A stretch of DNA of 64,000 nt from Octopus sinensis (GCF_006345805.1 NC_043015.1:47926001-47990000); one strand, 5' to 3'. Shown: positions 26,948 through 38,909, counted from the first letter of the stretch. The notes: generated by a model not told the origin, from the letters alone. A program made the numbers and translations.

Positions 26948-27051
26948 TGACTACGTACGTTTCGTGGCTATAACTTCAATTTGAATTACAATTAAATTTA
27001 AATTTAATTGAAAAACAATTCAGTTTAAAAGTATAGTCACTCCTCAGGTCA
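26948..27051 (-). ncRNA. Type I hammerhead ribozyme, intact core, long stem II
   Basis: Minus strand reads UGAC-CUGAGGA-GUGACUAUA...UAUAGCCAC-GAAAC-GUAC-GUA-GUCA. Confidence 0.8.
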
Positions 27052-27564
27052 ACAATAATAGATAAATAATCAAATAGAATTAAACAATATTTCTTAAAGA
27101 AATAAAATCATGATTCTTCTTATAGAAGAAACTCCGTTAACTAAATTTGAAACTTAAAAAAGCTTGAACAATGCAAAGTAAATGCAAGGCAAATCACAAG
27201 AAAACAAATATATGAATTAATGTAGACTTACTTTGTATTCAATATTTCAGGATTATGACCCCACTTTCAAGAAATTAATGTTGCCCTCCTTCTCAGTGTG
27301 TGTGTGTGTTTCTTTGTGTCTGTGTTTATCCTTCACCACTGCTTGACAACTGGTGTTGGTGTGTTTACATCCCAGTAACTTAGTGTTTCAGCAAATGAGA
27401 CCAACAGATTAAGTACTAGGCTTTCAAAAATAAGTACTGGGGTTGATTCATCTGACCAGAAAAAAAAATCAAGTCAGTGCCCCAGTATGACCTCGGTCTA
27501 ATGACTGAAACAAGTAAAAGCTACACTTATTTATCATAAACATATACCTAAGCCCTCATGTGTA

Positions 27565-29527
27565 TTGGGTCATCCCATAAATAATGTGGTTTTTTCAATT
27601 GCGTGAACTAAAAGTCAGAGAGGGATGGGATAAACAACCTGCATCAACTTCCTATGAAAGCAGGTAGTAATTTTACCTTGTACTTATTCTTAGTGCAAGG
27701 TTTAAAGAGTGCAGTTATTTTAATAGTTATTTTTTCAGAGCTATAATGGAAGTGACAAAAGAGCATATTCAGCATATTTTGCTTTATGAGTTCAATAAAG
27801 GCAACAATGCAAAGAAAAATGAGAGGAATATTAATGTAGTATAAAGGGATTGGATAATAAGTGTAAGCCAGAGTCAACGGTGGTTCCAGAAATTCCAAGC
27901 TGAAAACTACAGCCTAGAAGATGAGCCTCATTCTGGAAGATCTGTAGAGCTCAATGGGGATGTCCTGCAAACCCTGGTGGAACAAAATCTCATCGTAACT
28001 GTTGAGGAACTAGCAGAGAAGCTTGGATTTGGTCAGTCAACCATTCATCGACACCTGCATGCCATCAGAAAAGTCAGCAAATTAGGTCCAAGGATTCCTC
28101 ACAAACTTTCTGAGTCTAATTGTGCACAGAGATTGAATGTGTGCTCTTCTTTGCTGACACATCCCATGAATGAACCTATAGCGTAGAGTTGGGTGAAATT
28201 CCTCTCTCTCATTTATTATATATATATATATATGCACATTCAAATGTAACAGGGAACAGCTAGCTTTTGGCTGCTATTTGGATCCCATTGTGTCCACTAT
28301 TCTGACTGGTTGGTATTGGCACAATTTGTTTCATACTTGACTGCGCCAACTTACCACATATAACCAGTTGGAGTCTCTAAATAGGTTCACGTGGGACAAC
28401 CTGTTGACTACCCTGTTTTGGCCTACAGCTCTTTATAAAAACTCAGCTTTTCCTCATTTTGAGGTCTTTTGGTTCCAGACCTTTTAAGGTCTAGCCACTG
28501 ACCACAAGACACAGCCAGTTCCAGCGACAACACCAGACAACACCACTACAGCAGTCACGTTTACATACTAGCTGTTATACATTCTTTCATTCATGATGGA
28601 TGATAGACAACTCAATGAAGGCATTGTTATTGTTTTACGTGTTTATTTTGCTTAACCTGTTTACGAACTGTCAATATACAGTGGAGTTATACACATTGTG
28701 CGCATCCACCCTAGACGCAGTTCACACTGTTTACTAACAAATAGTGCCAATAGTGGGGATACATTCATACATACGTATACACATAGATATGAATGTGTAA
28801 CACTAACTTTGCATATTGGCACGTGAGAGAGCAAGAGACAAATTGCACTAATACCAACCAATCACTGTAGTGGACACAACAGGGCCCAAAGGTGTGGCCG
28901 AAGGCTAGCTGTTATCTACCACGTCTGTATTTATGTATATATAACAGAGAGAGAGGAATTTCCCTCAAGCGTGCGCTACAAAGGTCTTCACCCATATAAC
29001 GTGTTGTTATCTGTTTGGTGGAATATGAAAGATTTAGTCCCCTTTGAACTTTTAAACCCAAACCAAATTATAACAAAGAAGATCTATTGTAAGTAGCTTG
29101 AGTGGCTTAAGTCAGTGCTAGAAGAACAACGAGCATTTTTGGTTTCAAGACAATAATACTCAGCCACATGCTGTGAAGATGACATTCCGAAGGCTGGAGC
29201 AGTTTGAATGAGAAATGATGCACCATCTGCCATAATAGCAGGTCATTGCCCCATCTGATTATCATTTATTCCGCAGTCTTCAAAATCATTTGAACGGAAA
29301 AAATATAAATTCTGAAGATGAGGTCAGAACAGTACTGAAGGATGAGTGAATTTGGGGGCAGGGGGCCTTGCAAGTCAACCAGATAGATGGAGGAGCATTG
29401 TAGAAATTGAAGGAGAGTATATTTTAGATTAAAAAAGAACTTTAGATTAAAAAAAGAACTTTGTTTATCTTAATTTTGAAAAATAAAAGAAGTATTAAAA
29501 ATTCACATTATTTATGGAATGGCTCAA
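27565..29527 (+). mobile_element. Degraded mariner transposon with a nested 804-bp insert
   Basis: TIRs TTGGGTCATCCCATAAATAATG / CATTATTTATGGAATGGCTCAA flanked by TA; MEVTKEHIQHILLYEFNKG..., GLHP..VLLSVWW and APSDYHLFRSLQNHL remnants. Confidence 0.85.
28177..28980. mobile_element. Unclassified element with about 120-bp imperfect terminal inverted repeats
   Basis: TATAGCG..GAAATTCCTCTCTCTC...GTGTCCACTA versus TAGTGGACAC...GAGAGAGAGGAATTTC..CGCTACA. Confidence 0.65.
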
Positions 29528-29879
29528 TATATCATTCAAATCTGGTTTGATAGTGAGTCAGCATTGCCTGACAACTTTTGGCCAATTAAATTTTAGCATA
29601 AACACAGGTACCCCTGGTCAAGACCAACAAGGTGTCCTCGTATGCCATTTAGAGACTGCAATTGAAAAATACAGTCGTTGAATACTTCATAAACTCAAGT
29701 ATTTGGATCATTGATGGGGATGGTCATATTGCAACAACGACACTCATTCTCGATAACCTACTGTCTTCTGCCAGAGTTTCTTTTGGAGAAAATGATGAAA
29801 ATAACTGTCCAATAAGGAGCAAGTGGAATCTATTTTGTGGTAGATATTATACCCAGACATTAGCACTAAAAATGCAAAA

Positions 29880-30570
29880 AGAGGGCCTCACACTGCTACA
29901 AGTACAGAACCTCACAGAAGACTGGGTTGATGCCCCGTCTGTGGCCAACATTGGTGGTCTATTCTATCTGGATGAGCTTAGCATTCCATTGCACTCAGAG
30001 TGGGAGCCAACTTTTATAGGGGCCTGAAATGTTGCTGTTGTAGGACCTTTGACTCCACAGATCTTCATGGTCGTTTGGATCTTTTCCCTAAAAGAATTAC
30101 ATTTTAAATCTGCCGGTCAAAGGGAAAAGATCCAGTCATTTCACTCGTCACACTGAACTAAACCTGATCATTAAGTGGGTAAATATCCCTTCAGTTTTAG
30201 AGCCTGTGGGCTTATCCAGAAGAAATGGAAAGAAACCTGAAGGTTTCACCCTTTGTCCCTAAGTTAGAGATAGGTACCTCATCTAGGGTTCCACAGTCAG
30301 TGACTGCTGTTGGAATGGGAGGGTCACTGCTTCCATTGCCGACTGGAACAAAATCCTAAAACATTGGGACTTGTCGGTGAACCATTTCTTCCAGCCTGCA
30401 GAGTTTTAAATATTTTGAAAAGCTGGGCCGCTGTCAGCGAAGTTCTTGTCATCGTTAGTGGTTCACCTTACCAAGGTGTCAGGTAATGCCCGTGAAGGTG
30501 CTTTGCTATTCTAATACCTTAGCCACGCCATCGCCCGCAATAATACCGCGAGTGAGTTGGCTTGTTTCAA
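29880..30570 (+). mobile_element. Fossil CRE-like (RLE endonuclease) non-LTR retrotransposon 3' end
   Basis: Frameshifted reading DWVDAPSVANIG...ALRVGA....KCCC....D...LHG...RHTELNLIIK..IPSVLEPVGLSRRNGKKPEG.TL.P*...FFQP...SGNAREG.LLF*YLSHAIARNN. Confidence 0.75.
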
Positions 30571-30764
30571 TAAATTCCGTCGACTCTTATGGTGTGCGAC
30601 CGAATGATGCTCTTCGTGTTCAACTAATATTACCTTTTTTTTTATTTTTTTCGCACGTCATTAAATTTCCTTTCGTTTTACTGTGGAATATTTATGTAAT
30701 TAAGTATGCTGTGACAATGAATTCATATTGTATGTAATTAAAATAAAAAAAACGTCCCAATAAA

Positions 30765-30790
30765 CCGGAAACCGTAGTTGTTATGACAAC
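30765..30790 (+). promoter_or_regulatory. RFX X-box (GTTGTTATGACAAC, 30777-30790) with adjacent ETS-like CCGGAA, in the probable promoter of the TSNAXIP1-like gene
   Basis: Exact fit to the X-box consensus RYYNYYATRRNRAC; locally CpG-richer; about 240 bp upstream of a strong CAG|GTAAGT donor. Confidence 0.7.
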
Positions 30791-30799
30791 GTGTTACGC

Positions 30800-31027
30800 C
30801 GTTCAAACACCAACTTAATTTCTTAACACCTTTATTAGAAATATCTATAAACGATGGACATTTAATAAAATGTAAGTTCATTTGCTGCTATTTAACATAC
30901 AATATATTATTTTGGTATTTTTTTAAATGTTTTATAATGACGCTGTATGTACCGACATATTGATAAAAAAAAAAGGAATACTAACTTCTATCTATCTATC
31001 TATCTCGAGTGTACATGTGTGTCACAG
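30800..31027 (+). other. TSNAXIP1: Probable non-coding first exon of the TSNAXIP1-like gene (start approximate)
   Basis: Consensus donor CAG|GTAAGT at 31027/31028 downstream of the X-box; the next recognisable acceptor is at 38840. Confidence 0.55.
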
Positions 31028-32349
31028 GTAAGTTCGCTCTGTGATTATGGGCTGAAATTTCTATCTACCTACTGACATAGTTGTTTATTTACCGAAAATG
31101 TGCACAATTTATATAAGTAAACAGCTAAAAGAACGGTTAAAAAAAAAGAACAGAGAAAGTAAATTAGTAAAATAAAGTGACATGCACATTCGTTTAATTA
31201 TATACATCGTACCAGAAAATATGGGTATTTTTTCCCTTATAAAATTCTTGTTAAAACTCAAACCCAAAACAAGTCATTATCGCGAATTATGATGAGGTTG
31301 AGACCCTGGAATAGCAAAGCACTTTTATTAGCAACTTCCGACATTTCAGGTTAATACAATCCAAAAATTCCGTGTCAGAGGAGGTCCAGCTTCCTCTTAA
31401 AATACCAAACATTGAAAAGCGTAAATTACTTAATAATTTCACTGTCTCATTGTTCGGCTATGGATGCAGTAGCCCCACCACCACCACAGCATTAAGGGGA
31501 TTAATGAGGTGTGGCGACGCGAAAGGGTCGTTAACAGCGATGTACCATCAATGAAGGTCTCCACTCTGATTTTGTATCCTCATAACTTATAGAAAAATGG
31601 GCATAACTTCGGTATAGGTACCGGATACATTTCAAAAAAGTGTCGGTTTTTTTTTATATATATGGTGGGGTGTAGGGTTGGGGGGGGGGGAGAAAAGGGT
31701 TTCTGTTATCTTGAGAAATGTAAACACAACCACTTACGGTACCTATACCGAAGGATCGTCAAAAATGGAAATTCTTAATGAAACTTTCTACAAATTCCTT
31801 TCAGATGGTATTGTTGATTACAGTTATGTTGGAATTAAATGCAGAAAAAAAGATGGTAGGTAGACGTATCATGTATACATATACATATATATATATCCAG
31901 CCTACCCTGGCACCTGTGCCGGTGGCACGTAAAAAGCACCATCCATACGTGGTCGATGCCAGCCCCACCTTTACTGGCTTCCGTGCCGGTGGCACGTAAA
32001 AAGCATCGACTGATCGTGGCTGCTGCCAACCTACCCTGGCACCTGTGCCGGTGGCACGTAAAAAGCACCATCCATACGTGGTCGATGCCAGCCCCACCTT
32101 TACTGGCTTCCGTGCCGGTGGCACGTAAAAAGCATCGACTGATTGTGGCTGCTGCCAACCTACCCTGGCACCTGTGCCGGTGGCACGTAAAATTCACCCC
32201 TACACTCATGGAGTGGTTGGCGTTAGGAAGGGCATCCAGCCGTAGAAACACTGCCAGATCAGACTGGAGCCTGGTGCAGCCTCCTGGCTTCCCAGACCCT
32301 GGTCGAACCGACCAACCCATGCTAGCATGGAAAGCGGACATTAAACGAT

Positions 32350-32595
32350 GATGATAATATATAGTATATGCAGTGATGTACAAATGTCTGGAAAGTGAAT
32401 AATGTATGAGTCAGATACATGCTTATGTGTGTATGGAGGGGAGAAAATCAGGTGTAGTGTTGGCGAATTTCAGGAAGCATGGACGTTTTAAAGGATGCAG
32501 TGCTCCGACAACTAACAACTGATGCCGGCAGTTTGTTCCATACTTCGGCAACTCTTAGCATGAAAAAATGTTTCCGAAAGTCATGGGAGCTGTTG
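32350..32595 (-). mobile_element. CR1-like LINE 3' fragment
   Basis: SSHDFRKHFFMLRVAEVWNKLPASVV...ASFK; related to 52790-53345. Confidence 0.8.
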
Positions 32596-32791
32596 GCAAT
32601 GGTTAAAGTATATTGTTTCCTTCTTTTTTCTTCTTTTTTTGTATGTTTGTTGTTTGTTTGTTGCAGCAAATATGGAAGACAGCTTCTTGCAGAAATATTT
32701 AGGTTTCATCAATGAGTAACAGATTGACCATAACTCTCTGAAATGGGCTGAATAAAACTGTTGCTAAGGAAATAAACAAGAATATATCTTA

Positions 32792-33166
32792 CTAGCACTA
32801 TGACCTGGCAACGCCGGGTCATATTGCTAGTGCATGCATATACAGCTGTGTGCATGCGCTCATACACGCGAGTACTGTCCAAATCTCCGACCAATCACAT
32901 ACAGTTAGCTGGCATTCAATTGGCGTATCAAGTTTTCGGGCATTTTGATTGGGTTTTGGATAGAAAATTCACAAAAAAGTCACTTCTATTGATTTTTTAA
33001 TGGCTTTGCAGGGCGACTGGGGAAATATAAAGATGTGCACGACCACCCTCAGACGGTTTTGAATGACCATAGAAAGTGCAAGCCCTCTAACTGAAAAATT
33101 GTGGATTTGTATAAAGGATACACACACACAGACACACAGACATTTTGCCATTTATATAGAGAGAGA
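32792..33166 (-). mobile_element. Non-autonomous Helitron-type element
   Basis: Minus strand A|TCTCTCTCTATATAAA...(GT/GTCT)n...hairpin CTAGCAATATGACCCGGC-GTT-GCCAGGTCATAGTGCTAG|T; no TSD, A|T target. Confidence 0.8.
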
Positions 33167-34270
33167 TAACAAAGTAAAATAGAATTGTAAAGGGATTAAC
33201 TAATTTTGAGGTAACTGTAGTTTAGAAATCAAATAATTTCAAGATGCCATCGTCATCATCATCATCGTTGTCGTCATCATTGTCATCATCATCATCATCA
33301 TCATCCATCTGTTTTCTCACACTATCACAGGTTAGAGAAGTTTCCCCACACCTCACCCCACTCATTGCAGTGATTCATCTCCCCCCCCTCCTGTGGTTAT
33401 TTGTCATCTGGTATACACAACAACTGGGGAAAACCAGTTTGTTCTAATGACTGGATGTGTTTTCCTCTTCTTAACTACTTTACAACCTGGATTTATTGTG
33501 TTACCAACACCGCAGGGGCTGCCTGCAGATGGACTAAAAATAGGTCCTCTTAGTATGCGTAGACTTATTATATTGCCAACACCACAGGGATTGTCTGCTC
33601 TTTTTTATTTCTTTTAACCATTATTTGCTGTTATTGCCCTTCTAGGTATGCAGGGAAGTGAAGTGGTGCAATTGCTAGAGTATTCAATAGATTGCCTAAC
33701 AACATTCTACTCCAGCTTTGCCAAAATTTAAAACCAATATTCCCACTGCGTAGGAAAGAAGAGAATTATAGAGGTTGAGAGGCAGACACTTAAAATACAC
33801 TTGTGTAGGATTGTGTGAAGAGAGTTCAAATGCTCTGAGTTCAAATCCTACTGGAACCAACTTTACTTTTCGTCCTTTCAGGGACAATAAAATAAAGTAC
33901 CAGTTCTGTATTGAGGTTGGTCTTTCCTTATCTCACTTTTTGTATGTTTCTCTCTTTTGGGCAGAAATCGACTGGGATAAGACCTGGAGAGGGATGAGCT
34001 GCCCCATGATACACTATACACCATGATGGTGACCCTACAACTCCATTAGGAGTTGAGTAATTAACGTTACTCTTTTACTTGTTTCAGTCATGTGACTGTG
34101 GCCATGCTGGAGCACCACCTTTAGTCAAGCAAGTCGCCCCCAGGACTTATTCTTTGTAAGCCTAGTACTTATTCTATCAGTCTCTTTTGCCGAACAGCTA
34201 AGTTACGGGGACGTAAACACACCACCATCGGTTGTCAAGCGATGTTGCGGGGACAAACACGGACACACAA

Positions 34271-34309
<39 letters not shown>

Positions 34310-37300
34310 TATATATGATGGGCTTCTTTCAGTTTCCGTCTACTAAATCCACTCACAAGGCTTTGGTCAACCCGAGGCTATAGTAGAAGACACTTGCCCA
34401 GGGTGTCGCGCAGTGGGACTGAACCCGGAACCATGTGGTTCATAAGCAAGCTACTTACCACACAGCCACTCCTATGCCTACAGGCCTTTCTAGATAGGTA
34501 ACCTGCGATAGGACTTTCAGAGAACATCATCATCTTTATCATCTTCATTCAACATCCGCCTTCCATGCATGCATGGGTTGGACAGTATGACAGGAACTGG
34601 CCAGGCCAATCCTTGCCAGCAGGAAGATAGACTTGTCTCCTTTATTTTATTGTGACACTAGCACAAGAGAGATTGTCTGTAGCAGAATTAAAGAATCTCC
34701 TCTAATTTGTACCAGTTATTAATTGGGCATAACAAGGCCATCATCATCATGATCATCATCGTTTAACGTCCGCTTTCCATGCTAGCATGGGTTGGACGGT
34801 TCAACTGGGGTCTGAGAAGCCAGAAGGCTGCACCAGGCCGAGTCTGATCTGGCAATGTTTCTACAGCTGGATGCCCTTCCTAATGCTAACCACTCTGTGA
34901 GTGTAGTGGGTGCTTTTTACGTGCCACCGGCACAGGTGCCAGATGGGGCTGGCAAACAGCCACGATCGGATGGTGCTTTTTACGTGCCACCGGCACGGAG
35001 ACCAGACGAAGCAGGCAATGGCCACAGTCAGATGGTGCTTTTTACGTGCCACTGGCACGGAAGCCAATCAGAGCGGCGCTGGCTACGGCCACGTTCGGAT
35101 GGTTCTCTTACGTGCCACCGGCACTGGTATCACAGCTGCAAATTCCATTGATGTTGATAGATTACGATGAGCTTGCCAAATGCTTGTTGTGCCAGACAGA
35201 ATGTTTTGTTGCGTTTCTTCCGGCTCTTTACATTCTGAGTTCAAATTCTACCAAGGTCAACTTAGCCTTTCGTCCTTTCAGGCTTGATGAAATAAGAACC
35301 AGTTGAGCATCGGTGTCTATGTAATTCACTAGGCTCTCCCCACAAAATTTCAGACCTTGTACCCATGAGGGCTGGTTGAAAAGTTCATAGGGGTTGTATA
35401 GATTCTTTTCACTTCCAATCCTAGGCCTTAGTACTTCCTGACTTTCTCATCTTCTGTCTTTTATTATTATTACTGCTGAGGTGCATCTAGTGGTCAGGAA
35501 AGTGACTGAATGAGGTTTATTTTTCAGCTTAGTTCCCCCTTGAAGTTCACACACTTCTCCTAATGGTGTTGTAGTGCTTGGATCCCATTGGAGAAGAAGC
35601 TTTCATCAACCCTGGAAGGATCAAAGGCAACAACAACACAGTTTCAAATTTTGCCACAAGGGCAGCAATCTTGAGGAGGGGGTAGTCGATTTGATTGACC
35701 CCAATATGCAACTGGTACTTAATTTATCGAACCCGGAAGGATGAAATGTAAAAACAACCCGTGCAGAATTTGAACTCAAAATGTGAAGACAGATGAAACA
35801 CTATTAAGCATTTCACTCAGCATGCTAACAGTTCTGCCAGCTCACAGCCTTTTTAAAAGGTAAAGTCACCCCGATGGAATTAGAACTAAGAACGTAAAGT
35901 TAGGATTTTGCCTGGTGTGCTAACAATTCTGCCAGATTGCCATCAATAATAATAATAATAATAATAATAACAACAATAACAATGACAAAAGATGGCAGCA
36001 GTGGTGTTAGTTTTGGTGTTGGTGGTGTTGATGTTGATAATGATGATGATGATGATGATATATTTCAAAGAAAATTGTTGTTTTTTTTTGTTTTCTTAAA
36101 ATAGATTTGTTCAGAGAAAGAAAAGAAACAAGTTTCAAAATGACTCTTCCTTTGAAGGTAATAATTTTCATTTGAAAAATATTTTCAGTTTCCCAGACCA
36201 TTGAAAACACACACACACAAAAAAAAAATGGTAGGGTTTTTATGCTATCAGCTTCACAGATTCACAATAACCAAACAAAAAAAACAAACAAATTTCCTAA
36301 TTTTCTTTAAAAATGTTTTTTTAAAATTTCATAAGTCCATTGGTGGATGTTTTATTGCCGCCAAACATGTACTTCCTACAAAGTTTGGTATTTGCAGCTT
36401 TTAAAGCCAGAATATTGCTCTCTTTGAGATGGTCCCAAGTGCACCGTGAGCACAGTAAATACCACACTCACTTTTGAGGTTGTGTGGATTCTTTTCACTT
36501 CCAATCCTAGGCCTTAGTACTTCCTGACCTTCTCATCCTCTGTCTTTTATTATTATTACTTATTTCTTTATTGCTCACAAGGGGCTAAACACAGAGGGGA
36601 CAAACAAAGGGATTAAGTCGATTACATCGACCCCAGTGCGTAACTGATACTTAATTTATCGACCCCGAAAGGACGAAAGGCAAAGTCGACCTCGGCGGAA
36701 CTTGAACTCAGAACGTAACGACAGATGAAATATGGCTATGCATTTCACCCGGCGTGCTAACGTTTCTGCCAGCTCGCTGCCTTCTTCTGCCAGCTCGCCG
36801 CCTTATTATTATTACTGCTGAGGTGCATCTAGTGGTCAGGACAACTAGAATGTGTGAGTTTCCTCAGTTGTCCCTATGAGGAACTCCCCACTTTTAGGGA
36901 ATTTTGTTGTTTAATTATATTGTTAATTGTTTTTGTTACTTATTGTATACACGGTATTGTTCAACACCCTACTTGTCCCTAGCATTGTATCATCCCTATT
37001 TGTTTTGTAGCCAATAAAAGAAAGTATTATTATTATTATTATTATTATTTCCATGAGTAACCTTTCGAAGTGCCTCCCCCTATTGGGAGTTTTAATTGTT
37101 ACTTATATTTCGTTGTCATCCCGCTTTAGTACACGGACTTTTTGCAAACGGACAAAACCCTTTGTAACTTTCGTCCTGTGTTTTGTCCCTTTATGTTTTA
37201 ATTGATCTTTGTTAGCCCTTGTGGCTAATAAACGAACGAATTATTATTATTATTATTATTGAATGAGAGAGCAGTGCATGCCATCAAAGTGACACTGGGG

Positions 37301-37393
37301 TACAAATATACGAAGCCCAGTATACCCATCATGACTACCCGTCTGATAAGGGTACACCAGGCACATGCATCATTATTATTATTATTATTATTA

Positions 37394-37424
<31 letters not shown>

Positions 37425-37571
37425 CGATGTCACACAGTATACAATATTGTGAGGTTGTTGATTGAAGATATTGTGTCTACCAGGGGTTTGTACGGTTTGT
37501 CAAGTAACAGCAAGGACCTGAGACAGACAGTACTTTACGCAATATGCATGCAGTTCCAAGTAATGCTAACT
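37425..37571 (-). mobile_element. R4/Dong-clade non-LTR 3' fragment in (TAA)n
   Basis: LALLGTACILRKVLS C-terminal motif followed by a 3' UTR ending in a (TAA)n tract. Confidence 0.7.
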
Positions 37572-38272
37572 TATTAATATTGTTGTTGTTGTTGTTATGC
37601 ATGCCATTATAGTGACAGTGGGGTACAGATTTACAAAGCTCAATATACCTATCATAACTACCTATCTGATAGAAATACACCAGGTACATGCACCACAACC
37701 ATATGTGCATGATAAGGTGATTGCATATCAATATAAACAGTGCATGACCTTGCAGGTGGGGCTAAATTAGAATTTTTCTTCAAGCTGAGTATAAACATTG
37801 CCTTTTAATAATACTTTCTTTGTAATCTCAAGTTTTAAAACAAACATAATTTTCGTATGGTTCTTTAGGCATTCACTAGTACAACACTAAGTACAAAACC
37901 AAATATATGGCACCTTAGGCATAACACCAACATGAACTTCCAACTTGTTATCTCTTGAGGTCTCTGGGTGAGACTTGGAGCTAGCTTGTGCAAATGTAAA
38001 GCAAAAGTCAAACATAGAATAATAATAATTATAATAATCTTTTTTACTTAAGGCACAAAGTCTGAAATTTTGGGGCAGGAGGTAAGTCTATTACATTGAC
38101 CCCAGTACTTGACTGATACTTAATTTATCGACCCTCAAAAGAATGAAAGACAAAATCAAACTCAGTGGAATTTGAACTCAGAACGTAAAGACAGACGAAA
38201 TGCTGCTAAGCGTTTCGCCCAGTATGCTAATGGTTCTGCCAGCTTGCTATCTTTTTAATAATAATAATAATA

Positions 38273-38310
<38 letters not shown>

Positions 38311-38330
38311 TAATAATAATAAAAAGGGGA

Positions 38331-38607
38331 CCAGGAAACCCCAAAATGGCAGAAATTCAAAAGATAGTGCCCATGGGAACTGCTCATATCCTACGCAAAA
38401 TACTTTCTATGTAATTTCAAGTTTTAAAACAAACATAATCTTCGTTTTTTTTTTTAGACATTCACTAGTACAACACTAAATACAAAACCAAATATATGCA
38501 CACTATGCATAACAACATCACGAACTTCCAACCTGTTGTCTCTTGAGGTTTCTGGGTGAGACCTGGAGCCAACTTGTACAAATATAAAAAGCAAAAGTCA
38601 AACATAG
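38331..38607 (+). mobile_element. R4/Dong-clade non-LTR 3' fragment in (TAA)n (second copy at 37810-38017)
   Basis: PGNPKMAEIQKIVPMGTAHILRKILSM* plus 3' UTR; (TAA)n on both sides. Confidence 0.75.
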
Positions 38608-38843
38608 AATAATAATAATAATAATAATAATAACAACAACAATAATAATAGTAGTAGTAGTAATAATAATAATAATAACAACAACAGTAACAACAAAATA
38701 ATAACAAGAAAATAATGATAATAAATATGCTATTCTTGTTAATTGAGAAAGATCGTTATATTTTATAAGAATGAAAATGACTTTTCTATAATGAATTTGA
38801 AATAAAATGAATTTAAATCTTTCTAATTCTTATTTTTAAGTCG

Positions 38844-38909
38844 ATGCAATCGAAGGTACCTGACACATATTCCAAAATCAACAAACTGGAACTGCCACCT
38901 CCTAAACAA
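38844..38909 (+). CDS. TSNAXIP1: TSNAXIP1-like first coding exon (MQSKVPDTYSKINKLELPPPKQ)
   Basis: Acceptor tttttaag at 38840, ATG at 38844, caa|gtaatt donor in phase 0 matching the next exon. Confidence 0.6.

Noticed and set aside
29662-30027. 121-aa ORF as a standalone gene
   Set aside because: Partly a frame of the decayed CRE-like retrotransposon; no splice or start support.
31801-32383. CRISPR-like repeat-spacer appearance and Cys/His/Trp-rich ORFs
   Set aside because: Eukaryotic context, no cas genes, and the spacers are themselves repeated; this is the internal minisatellite of a dispersed retroposon.
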